The notes beneath the pieces were generated by a model. It was not told where the DNA came from. It worked only from the letters and a program-made list of their open reading frames with translations, and did no database searches. A stretch of 64,000 nucleotides of DNA, from positions 55,644 through 119,643 of the forward strand of contig NMRA01000856.1 in assembly GCA_002633005.1 (NCBI GenBank), read 5' to 3'. Shown here one piece after another: positions 1 through 12,500 of the stretch. The translations under genes and the position numbers were made by a program. The stretch is from Phoronis australis (taxonomy: Eukaryota > Animalia > Phoronida). Numbering within the stretch: position 1 is the first letter of the stretch; each line of letters opens with the position of its first letter.

Positions 1-461
1 TGAGATCAACTTTGAAGCTATAAATTGTCAAAATCAAAACTTTGTCTCATCGGCGGAACGCGGGTTTATTGCCATTAGCTGCAGCTGCAACATACTGATT
101 GTTTAATTTTCTCAATAGATGGCGGGAACAACTAAACCATAAAATTTCCCAACAGAGGACCTCACAACCTAATCTGATATCACATGACATGCTTATCAAC
201 AACTCGCGCGGATCTGTCAAACTTCAAAGTATGCTGATATTTGGAGCTCCGACGAAGCACATGACTGTCACTTTGTGCCAAAGTCACCTGTGCTGTGGCT
301 TGTTGATAAACAAGGAAGCAATCATTGTGTGACAAAAGTGCTCCGATTCTACCGAAACTTCGTTTATTGAAGTGACGGGGTGCCTGTGCAACAATCAGTA
401 TTGTCACTGTTGAATGTTGTGTTGAGTTGTGTAACTTTGAAGAGGACTGGAGGCCACTGTA

Positions 462-519
462 ATGGAAGGATCGTACATAATATCAGTATTGTTGGTTGGA
501 TTTCTCGGAGTTACATCAG
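462..519 (+). CDS. PLB1: PLB1-like exon 1 (signal peptide [19 protein letters not shown])
   Basis: ATG at 462, hydrophobic stretch, donor G|gtttgt. Phase 1 matches exon 2. Confidence 0.7.
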
Positions 520-3500
520 GTTTGTCGACTGTCATGTTGCACATTAGGCCTACGTGTGCTTATATAAGCGAAATCCGAAATCGGAGGTTGAGTTATTCTT
601 TTCTGGCTCTGAAATTTACCATCCATTATCCATCATGAACAAAATCACCCCTTAAGTCTAGAACTCATTTGGGCATTCCATATATGGTCACCATACGCTG
701 GCAGAGACAGGGGGGGGGGGGGGGGGGGGGGCNNNNNNNNNNNNNNNNNNNNNNNNNNNNNNNNNNNNNNNNNNNNNNNNNNNNNNNNNNNNNNNNNNNN
801 NNNNNNNNNNNNNNNNNNNNNNNNNNNNNNNNNNNNNNNNNNNNNNNNNNNNNNNNNNNNNNNNNNNNNNNNNNNNNNNNNNNNNNNNNNNNNNNNNNNN
901 NNNNNNNNNNNNNNNNNNNNNNNNNNNNNNNNNNNNNNNNNNNNNNNNNNNNNNNNNNNNNNNNNNNNNNNNNNNNNNNNNNNNNNNNNNNNNNNNNNNN
1001 NNNNNNNNNNNNNNNNNNNNNNNNNNNNNNNNNNNNNNNNNNNNNNNNNNNNNNNNNNNNNNNNNNNNNNNNNNNNNNNNNNNNNNNNNNNNNNNNNNNN
1101 NAAACAGATACATTGCATAAACAAACCCTGGATCATGTTTTGTGTCCCGTCGGAAGAAAATTTAAATTCGAAAACATCTTCTGAAAACGCACAAAAAAGT
1201 GTATTAGTAAAATCTACTGATTTTTAAGTGGTTTTAAAAAACAATCGGTAAACTCACCGATTTTTGTCTCATTACTTTGATACGTGTTTCTCCCGAGAGG
1301 TTAGTACCTAACGTGAAGACGAGCACTCCAAATTGGAACGCTAAGTCCCGCGTGGTTGCGCTGCACGCGAAACAAGATGGCGGACGAACTTTGGAGCCTG
1401 ACGAAAATAGGTAACCGGACGATATGTCTCAACACTGATTTAATCATCAGAATCATGTTGTTGTTAGTAACTTTTGCACATAGAGAAAACTTAAAAGGGG
1501 CAGTTGATGTCTTTAACTCTCCCCAGCTCGAAAAAAATGCTCACACAGTCCTTTGTTTGCTTGCTTTAATCATCAATTGGCCATTTTTACATGGCTTGCA
1601 CAAGTGGGTATGGCGTTGCTCTGCACGTTAATGTTGACTTGTGCGAAACCTTGGGCCCTTTCTTACCGACTTAGGACTGGGGTCCATGACTTCTTCAAGT
1701 TGTGTGATGCCTAGTGTCAGTCCACTTTTATCCGGGTGATTTTTTCACAAGTTTTCTTACTACTTCTGTCTTGCTTTTGTTAACTGTTGTCATCTTGTTG
1801 AACTTATTCTCCATTCCTTCATTCCCTTACACACAAGCTCATTCACACCAGACCTGAGCACTCGGCTATGTTGATGTCACACACTGACAGTGTCAATCAA
1901 CTTATTGATGAAGAACTGATTTTTATGTAACGAATCTGACAATATCAATATGTGGTTGTTGTGTTGTTTACCAACAACGTTCACAGACAGATTAGATCTT
2001 GTCAATATTGCAAACTATGGTACGTTTGGCTGGGTTACATTCACCAAGAAAGTCATACACTAACATTCATGCATATCCTAACCACCTCACATTGACACCA
2101 ATTGTGTGGCTAGGCCTCTCATGAAGGTTAGTTGACAATGAGTAGCATGAACCAGTGACAATAGTTAATGATATGTCTATATCATTCACAGCCTGGGGTG
2201 CCAGGTAAGGATGTGCTGCCTGGTGGGTGGGGGGAGGGGGCAACGCTCGGTGGCCGAGGGGGCAACCATGGTGGCGACATCCCCGGCCGTTGCTCCCAAC
2301 TTGTTCGATTNACTGAAAACAACACCAAGAAAACAAAATTGGCTGCAAGCACAAAAAAATGTTACATGTAAGGCCTAAGGGGAACCCCCTCGTGACTTCT
2401 CGATGCTATGCGCTTTGGATTTGTGCAAATCCTAAACTCCCCCAACCCCCCATTTCCCAGTCCCCTTACTCAAAAAGTAGTTTTGGCACTGCTGGGAACT
2501 TTTTGGCAAAGTATGTCTCAACACTGATTTAATCATCAGAATCATGTTGTTGTTAGTAACTTTTGCACGTAGAGAAAACTTAAAAGGGGCAGTTGATGTC
2601 TTTAACTCTCCCCAGCTCGAAAAAAATGCTCACACAGTCCTTTGTTTGCTTGCTTTAATCATCATTTGGCCATTTTTACATGGCTTGCACAAGTGGGTAT
2701 GGCGTTGCTCTGCACGTTAATGTTGACTTGTGCGAAACCTTGGGCCCTTTCTTACCAACTTAGGACTGGGGTCCATGACTTCTTCAAGTTGTGTGATGCC
2801 TAGTGTCAGTCCACTTTTATCCGGGTGATTTTTTCACAAGTTTTCTTACTACTTCTGTCTTGCTTTTGTTAACTGTTGTTATCTTGTTGAACTTATTCTC
2901 CATACCTTCATTCCCTTACACACAAGCTCATTCACACCAGACCTGAGCACTCGGCTATGTTGATGTCACACACTGACAGTGTCAATCAACTAATTGATGA
3001 AGAACTGATTTTTATGTAACGAATCTGACAATATCAATATGTGGTTGTTGTGTTGTTTACCAACAACATTCACAGACAGATTAGATCTTGTCAATATTGC
3101 AAACTATGGTACGTTTGGCTGGGTTACATTTACCAAGAAAGTCATACACTAACATTCATGCATATCCTAACCACCTCACATTGACACCAATTGTGTGGCT
3201 AGGCCTCTCATGAAGGTTAGTTGACAATGAGTAGCATGAACCAGTGACAATAGTTAATGATATGTTTATATCATTCACAGCCTGGGGTGCCAGGTAAGGA
3301 TGTGCTGCCTGGTGGGTGGGGGGAGGGGGCAACGCTCGGTGGCCGAGGGGGCAACCATGGTGGCGACATCCCCGGCCGTTGCTCCCAACTTGTTCGATTC
3401 TATAGCCCAACAACAAGTTGGGAAGTTTACCCTCTTAGCCAATATCTTACACGATTGATTAACTCCATTCTGGCATTTATGGTTGGAGGGCCTGCGCTCT

Positions 3501-6500
3501 TTTTTCGATAATTGCTCTAATCTCCAAAAGATTGTATCTAGCCTGACTGGGCTGGGCTGATAAAAATGAAAGTTAAGTTATAACATATTTGAGCTTAAAC
3601 CAATAGCATTTCTGAATTCGTCATCAAATGCTGATTATGCTGTTTTTGAATCACCAAAATCGCCCAACTACAACAGAAGTTAAGACAATCTATTCTGTCC
3701 AAATGGATTACCAACGCACTGGGTTTGACTCTGTTCATCCGTGTTCGGTAATAGCGGGCAATCACCATACGTTTCCTTTGAAGCCTGGGAGATAATGGGC
3801 CTGCTTGTTACCATACAAGACAAAAGACTGAGCTGGGCAGTTAACAAAAAAGCTAGATGTTATCGCACGTTCAGCACCCCTCACATCTGGAAAAGTTACT
3901 GAACGACAGAACGCTGTAATGGCTCGGTGGGAGAGGGGGCGACCCTCTCAAATGTAACTCAGGTATCATCTTGGCTGGGTATTTTGGTTTTGGGGTGTGG
4001 TTGGTGACATTGTCTCTGTTGGGAATTAATATGAACAGAGGGCAACATAACAGGGAGTCTCATAGTTCTTCTGCATGTCTAGAAGTGTGTTTAGTTGATG
4101 CAACTAAGGTAAAAATACTTGCATTGACGTTACAATTGTGTTGCCTTGGGCTCAAATTCTGATAAATTTTGGATAAAATGAAAATATTTTAAAAAATGTG
4201 AATCATCCATTTCATTTGTTGGTTATTGGTGTAGCTTTCGATGCAGATTTTTCTCATTTTTCCTCTTCGTATTGCTTGTCTGTCTTGGACCCCAAGAAAT
4301 CAAAACAACAGACCCCAAAATTTTTGTTAAGTGACTCCACAGGCTTCAGTGTTCGTAAGTGTCAAGGCAAACTACCAGAACTTTTTGCTGTTGGGTAAAA
4401 TAGCATATTCAGGCAAGTTGTATTTCCTGCAAAGTTGATGATAGAAAGTTGTCTGGGATGCTGATTTGTCATTGTAGATTGTTCTTTTTCCACAGTGAGG
4501 TGTGACTCTGAAAGTGACTTTGAGCTCAGTCTCCATAACGCTGTAGACTTTATCAACAACAATGCCACACTGAGAGCAGCCTTGAGTGAACATTTGAAAC
4601 TGTTTGGTGAAGACTACAAGATGCTGCAGTCTGGCTCCTCTCAAGGTGTCGAGGTAATTTGTTCACTTGTGTGGGGGGCGCTGTTATACATTGCTGGGCA
4701 GACTCAGCTCAGTGTTTAGAGGTATGTTACTCACCTGTGGGAACTGCTGTAATCTGGCAGGCTCAATGTCTGGAGGTATGTTACACAGTTGTAATTGTAT
4801 TGCAAGTAGGCCCTAGCAGAGTTGGGACTGAGGATTAAAGCGACTATGACTAGAAACTTGTCGTCTTCGGTGACGGAAACTAACTTGAACTTGATCGCTT
4901 ACAAAATTGGTCTCAAATTGTTTGATAGTCAAATTAGATTTGTTGAAAGAGCTGATAACTATTTTGTTATTGTGTGAGATCAGTGCAGCTCATTTCATGC
5001 TATGTCAGCTAATGCGATGGCGGCGCATTTTATGCCATGATCACGGTCTGACGCAATATCAAACTGTTACAACCTGCACTTTACACAGGTAAGTGTTGCA
5101 CTTTACACAGGTAAGTGTTGCAGTTTGTACATGTAAGTGGTCTTATTACACAGCTAAGTGGTCAGGTAAGTGGTCTAATTCAAATGTTGTGTTCTTTATG
5201 TGAATGCAAGTTGGCCGATTTAATTCGAAAACTCACAAGCTTTGGTCAACTAATTCTGTTTCAAATTACTTTTCTGTTGACTCTAGATAAATGTAAAAAA
5301 TGTTTAAAATGAAAGTCAGTTGTGAAAATTTAGTGAAAGGTTAAAAAATTAAGGTTCTCATTGTGTTTAATTTACTCTATTACTAAGTGCTTTAAAAATT
5401 TTAGTGAAAATTCCTTAAAATTTCAAAATTGGAAATGTAAAACTTTCCCAAAAATTTGAAATTGCTTTGGTCATTTGGAAACTGATGGTTACCATAGTTA
5501 CAATAAAGTCTTGTGGCAGACAAATCGAATTTAATTTTCTAATGTTTTTCATAAAAGATTGATCATTATAATTACGCGCAATTTATACCTTTCCATGTTC
5601 AAGTTGTGTGTCAATACCTACTTGCAGACAATATGTTGGAAAACTGTATTGGCAACATATGTTGGAAGACCTTGAACAATGATAACAGATCAGTTGTGTC
5701 AATGTTTTTGTCTAGTAAAATCAGTGAGACTTCACTACAGGCTTATGTCACTGGACCTTGCAACTATTGAGCCAACATAATGCATTTTTTTCAAGTTTGC
5801 TCAAGTGTCTCACATGTAGACATATGTCTCTTGTCTTCACAATGTAGACCAGTGGCGGATCTACGGGGGGGGTTCAGGGGGTTTAAACCCCCCCTCGGGC
5901 CAGGACCCAAAAATTAAAAAAAAAACAAAAAAAAAACAAAAGCGTCTCCAGCAAAACAAAAACGGCACTGCCAGCGTGTGTAAACCCCAATTAAACCAAC
6001 TTGGAAAAAATTGAGGGGGGGTTCACTCTGAAAATATAGTTTTTTTGCATTGTGAATTGCTGAGTCTTTGTGGCTCATCGGCAAAACGCGCGGGGATTTA
6101 TTGTGCGCGCGCTTCCGTCGACACTTCTGGAAGTAGTCAAGCATTTTAGATGGATTCACCGCTGAAAGAGCAGTTCTATAGCTGATTTCTTTAGGTAACT
6201 AGCTTCTTTACTCTAAGATATATTTTGATTTGGTTAGGGGAAATACTGCGGTGCCGCAACCTTGATATTCAGGCAAATTGACGTGCAACGTTTTTACCTC
6301 ATCCGTCATGCCGTCTCATTCTATTACACTCATCACGTTTGTAACTGGTGTATAGTAAAGTTGTCTTGCGCAATATCATACAGTGTTCATGTACATGTAA
6401 TATTGTGTACATGTACATGTAATAGTTTTGAAAAAAATTCTTTTTCCGAAGAATTGCTATTGTGGCGGGCGCCGTGGTCTGGTCGCGAGTCCGTTTGAAG

Positions 6501-9500
6501 ACACACTCTATAACAAGTTATGTCTATACAAGGAATGACCAAGGGGGCACTCACATTGAGAAAGTGACTGCATTCGCGAAAAGTGTACAGTACCATAACT
6601 TGCGGGGAGGCTGTTCTTTCACAACAAAGTTTGCGGGATTCGTGCGATGTTCAATAGGCCTCCTAAGGAGCCCTAGTTCCGACCTCAACACCTACCGTCT
6701 GTCTACCTGCAATAAGCACACTGCCGTCTTCTATACTGGGAATTTCCGCAGAAAGGCTCACCCGATGAAACGCTCATGCCCATGGGCATTTATTTGATAT
6801 TAGTACTTCGGGTTTCAAGCGTTCAGACATTGGGACGTTTATTNNNNNNNNNNNNNNNNNNNNNNNNNNNNNNNNNNNNNNNNNNNNNNNNNNNNNNNNN
6901 NNNNNNNNNNNNNNNNNNNNNNNNNNNNNNNNNNNNNNNNNNNNNNNNNNNNNNNNNNNNNNNNNNNNNNNNNNNNNNNNNNNNNNNNNNNNNNNNNNNN
7001 NNNNNNNNNNNNNNNNNNNNNNNNNNNNNNNNNNNNNNNNNNNNNNNNNNNNNNNNNNNNNNNNNNNNNNNNNNNNNNNNNNNNNNNNNNNNNNNNNNNN
7101 NNNNNNNNNNNNNNNNNNNNNNNNNNNNNNNNNNNNNNNNNNNNNNNNNNNNNNNNNNNNNNNNNNNNNNNNNNNNNNNNNNNNNNNNNNNTTTTTGCAT
7201 TGTGAATTGCTGAGTCTTTGTGGCTCATCGGCAAAACGCGCGGGGATTTATTGTGCGCGCGCTTCCGTCGACACTTCTGGAAGTAGTCAAGCATTTTAGA
7301 TGGATTCACCGCTGAAAGAGCAGTTCTATAGCTGATTTCTTTAGGTAACTAGCTTCTTTACTCTAAGATATATTTTGATTTGGTTAGGGGAAATACTGCG
7401 GTGCCGCAACCTTGATATTCAGGCAAATTGACGTGCAACGTTTTTACCTCATCCGTCATGCCGTCTCATTCTATTACACTCATCACGTTTGTAACTGGTG
7501 TATAGTAAAGTTGTCTTGCGCAATATCATACAGTGTTCATGTACATGTAATATTGTGTACATGTACATGTAATAGTTTTGAAAAAAATTCTTTTTCCGAA
7601 GAATTGCTATTGTGGCGGGCGCCGTGGTCTGGTCGCGAGTCCGTTTGAAGACACACTCTATAACAAGTTATGTCTATACAAGGAATGACCAAGGGGGCAC
7701 TCACATTGAGAAAGTGACTGCATTCGCGAAAAGTGTACAGTACCATAACTTGCGGGGAGGCTGTTCTTTCACAACAAAGTTTGCGGGATTCGTGCGATGT
7801 TCAATAGGCCTCCTAAGGAGCCCTAGTTCCGACCTCAACACCTACCGTCTGTCTACCTGCAATAAGCACACTGCCGTCTTCTATACTGGGAATTTCCGCA
7901 GAAAGGCTCACCCGATGAAACGCTCATGCCCATGGGCATTTATTTGATATTAGTACTTCGGGTTTCAAGCGTTCAGACATTGGGACGTTTATTGGGATTC
8001 TTCGTCAAGGTTTGAAGTAGTCCATGATGAACGGATCAAATTTAGTTGCGCATGTAAGTCTTTTGAATGGACTTGGCAACCTCAAGGGTCTTAGTGTCAA
8101 CTGAGCTGCGAAACGAGGTGCTGACATTGTAGAGGCTTACAAGCTCATTGACACAGCAGTTGACGAAGTGCAAGCGTTGGGAAAAAACATCGAAGATATC
8201 TGGGTAGAATGGTTCCAAAAGCAGCAAACCATTGGATCCTCGGCAGTCTAGACAACAGAAGGATAGGAGACTAACGTATGAGTAACCACTGGGGATTAAA
8301 ATTTTAGAGAGAAGTTTTCAATTCAAAATTTTTTGCATAGTACACTTTAGATCTCGCGACAGACCAGACCAGCTTGATTTGTGAAGATGTTGAGTTTCAG
8401 TGTACTTCTGGTCCCTCGGCGAACTAGTCTTGTGATTTTTTTACCAAAGTGTGCTTCGTAAAACTATTTATCTCAACCAGTACTGTTTGATCCCGCGACA
8501 GATCGACTATTTTTATACGGATAATAAGCACAGGTCAGTGTACTCTTGGTCTCGTGACGGACCAGGTCAGCTTTTTGTGTACTCTCAGTGTACATCTGGT
8601 CCCTCTGCAAACTAGTTCAGTGTATCTTTTCACCACTGTGCACAGGATGTTTTGGTTTCGTGAAACTGTTTTCAGATGATTTGTTTCCTGATAGATTTGA
8701 CGTTTTTCAATTATTGTCGACGTGATTCAGCTTAATAAAGTGATACCTAATTATTTATTGTCGCTTTTAATAATAGACTATGAGTTGAGAGCACCATCGT
8801 TCGCCAGTTTTTCTCGTAACGAGACAGAACACATGTTTATTTCCGGACTAACAGTACAGGTCTTCGTTCTTAAACAACTTGAGGCTGCTGTTACGCGATC
8901 ATCTGATATTCAAGTTTTTACGCCCCGTTGGTGCTCCTTAATTATGCTCTTGAATATTTGGAAATTGTCTAAACCCCTGTATACGCACCACACTTTTTCG
9001 TATACGACTTTTCATATGCTAAAAAAGGTGTGTGTAAGCAGATGTTCCAACAAAAATTTTTGCTGGTAGCGTGACTCATACCCAGATGCCCACAATATGG
9101 TTTCACGAAACTTATGTGCCAAGTTCGTTTGACGAAATCGTGAACGGTTTTTAATTATCTTAAAAAAACTCCAGAGACATGTTAAGTGACAGAAACTTAC
9201 CAGGATGCATGGAAATTTCACTATTTGGCTACAAAAACAAAAAAATACCTTATACCCGACCTCCCCCCGCTCGGCGCTACGCGCCTAGGATTCGACCTTG
9301 GCGGGAATCCTAAACCCCCCCTTGCTGAAAACGTAGATCCGCCACTGTAGACACAAGCAGTTATGTGGATTAGACGTGTAATAGGTGTTTTTATGTGTCT
9401 TTTTACAAATTGTTTATGTATTTTTCATTCACATGAAAAATTCAATACACATCAAAATCTGCCAATTTGTAAGAGGTAAGCAAAGTATCACTGACTTGCT

Positions 9501-12500
9501 ATTTGAAAAAGTGGCATCCTGTGTTTACTTAATGGCATGTAAGCGCATGTGCATACTGATACCATAGACACACATGTTGATGCATGTGCATATTATACTG
9601 ATACCATAGACACACATGTAGGTGCATGTGCATATAATACTGATATCAATAGACACACGTGTAGGCACATGTGCATATAATACTGATATCATAGACACAC
9701 ATGTAGGCACATGTGCATATAATACTGATATCATAGACACACATGTAGGCACATGTGCATATAATACTGATATCATAGACACACATGTAGGTGCATGTGC
9801 ATATAATACTGATATCAATAGACACACGTGTAGGCACATGTGCATATAATACTGATATCATAGACACACATATAGGTTCATGTGCATATAATACTGATAC
9901 CATAGACACTCATGTAGGCACATGTGCATATAATACTGATACCAAAGACACACACATGTAGATGCATGTGCATATAATACTGATATCAATAGACACACAT
10001 GTAGGTGCATGTGCATATAATACTGATACCATAGACACACATGTAGGCGCATGTGCATATAATACTGATACTATAGACACACATGTAGGCGCATGTGCAT
10101 ATAATACTGATACCATAGACGCACATGCCTAACAGTTGACTTTCAAAGTAGCAGCGTCATTTTCAAATTTACATTCCCACCAGATGGTGATCAGGTCTTT
10201 GGTGGACAGGTGTTCAGTGCCACCTACATGTGGTGTAGATGGGTTGTTTCAACCTAATGGTATGAACAATGTTATATCAACTTTCCTGACAAATTTCCAC
10301 TGATGTGTGGTGTGATGAACTAGTTAATGCCTTACAAAAAGAGACAAACCTTATCATGAATGGATGAATAAGGACAGCATTTCCATATATTCTCACTCAG
10401 CAAAGAAGTATCCATGACAAAGCCAGTGGCTATTGTTGATAAAGCTGGAGAATTTTGATTCCAGCGAGTGTCAGAAAATGAAATAAATTAGTGAACTTAA
10501 TCCAATCAGATAGTGGAAGGGGCTGATAGTGGAATTTCTGTCTAAGTCTCAGTGAATCTGGGAAGTGGCTAGTTTCGCTGGCGCTCTGACATTCCTCCAG
10601 CGGACAAATATGAAAAGTCCCCTCATACTATAGATGGATGTTTGTAATACTGATAACATAAGCGCATGTACCTCATAGTAAAATCTTAGGTGCATCTACT
10701 TAATACTGTTACCAAAAAAGGCGCATTATTGTGCCTCATAGTAGGCGAATGTGCCTCATAGTAGAACCGTAGGTGCATCTGCCTGATACCATAGATGCAT
10801 GTTCCTAATGCCGATATCATAGATGCAGTATGGGTCATAATGCCAAATATCATAGGTGGAGCTTCACATGGGTCTCAATGATGTGAATATGCGATTAAAG
10901 TTAAGTGTTATCTTTGGACTCTTATGCTTTGTACAGAAGAACAGTAACACCCCCCCCCACCAATCATGTTGAGTTTAATATCCATCATGTATTCAAATCG
11001 TTATCTTGAGAGTTTGACCTCCATTTAAAGGTAGGTGTGCTTGATTATCTTTGATGGGTCTTGCCCTGGATGGTCTACTTACCTGTTGATTCAAAGATTA
11101 CCTGGATGGTCTACTTACTTGCCTATTCGCGGAGCAGAGCTCAAAGATTACCTGGACGATTTCCCCTTCTGAAGATTTGCTGTTCAAATACACCAACTTT
11201 TTGTTATGGACATATTTAGGCCTTTCGGTCCATCTAAAAATTTCTGTTTTTGATTTTTCATTGAGTGTTTTGCACATATACGCATTCATTGAAACTTCAC
11301 TACTGGAGATTTTTGAAAAGGCTCGTGCATTTTGTCAAATTGATTTTCCATCAAAAAATTGTAAAGGTTTTTCAGAACAAGTGGCCGACTGCAGTGTCTG
11401 TCATGCGACCGGCTTGGGTTCACTTAGTCGGCAGTTTAGCTAAAGAAGAAATAAGTCCCTGTTAAGAGTAGACTCATGAGACTGAAACTGGTCTTAGTTT
11501 GATAAGTTTTATTTTGCTGTTCTGTTTGTTTACTAGAAGGTAAAACTTCATTGACATGGCCCGTGAGGTCAGGCCAGTGATCAGTGTAGTTTATTAATAA
11601 TAGAAAAGATTCTTGAAGATTCCAGTTTAAGTTAGTGATCAATATATAGAACCATAGTCTGGAACATTCTAGGGTATATATTTGTAAAATGATTGGGTAG
11701 ATTCCGGAAAGTTCTAAGATGTGCTTGAATTGGTAAAAAGTTCCAGATCATTGTATGAGACTATAAATACTCGACCGCGGTTACTTGAAAATCAATTGAA
11801 GTTAGGTTGAGTTAAAGTTACAATTGAGTAACAGTTACAGAATCAACAGTTATATTAGTCAATACAGTGCCACCTATAGAGACGCAAGTTATTGAATCAA
11901 TGAGTGTAACAATTGTGTCTTAGAAGTTTATGACAAGTCAAGGCTACAGCACAGTGGCTGCTGCATATAACGGACATTGCGTCGGATATTTTGTTTGAGT
12001 AGATGAGTGTACGGTCGAAATTAATAAATTAACAAGTCTTCAGTCTATCGTTACACCAAAAACTATTAGCATGGTTTGGTAACAACCTGCACCCACAAAT
12101 CCACAGGGAAAAACATGACAATCCCCTAACATCTCTGTTGGCAACGTATCAATGGAAAAGTTGTTGAGAAATTATTGATAGCTTTCCCACAATTTTCAAA
12201 CACAAGCATCAAGGCAAGCATACAAAACAAAACCAAAAGTCAGCCCCCATGGGGGCCTTTCTGAAATAGCCACCCTCCCCGTGAGCTTAATGTTGATGGG
12301 GTCTAACAGGATCAGAAATAATATTAATTCTATGTGCAAACTCTTACCCCATGTACATGTCTTAAATTGCAGGCTGTATGTGTCTATGGTCCGTTCTTAG
12401 TACATTTCAAATCTTGAATTGAAAGCAAGCCACATTTAATTCATTTTGTTACAACTCAACCTTCGTTTGCACCTTATTATAAATACTTGCTCCTTTGTTT

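Larger units (their letters stand above)
5850..9347 (+). mobile_element. hAT-superfamily DNA transposon, degenerate (THAP12/PRKRIR-like transposase remnants)
   Basis: 16-bp TIR cagtggcggatctacg / cgtagatccgccactg, with a partial TSD (tagac on both sides). Around 8065-8225 it reads [12 protein letters not shown]...[33 protein letters not shown], resembling PRKRIR-type hAT transposases, with frameshifts. Confidence 0.8.

Noticed and set aside
645-1184. Long ORFs across 733-1101 (and across 6844-7191)
   Set aside because: They consist of N runs and poly-G and are not coding.
9525-10128. Periodic ORFs / possible CRISPR-like array
   Set aside because: Head-to-tail 42-bp minisatellite with no unique spacers, in a eukaryotic intron.
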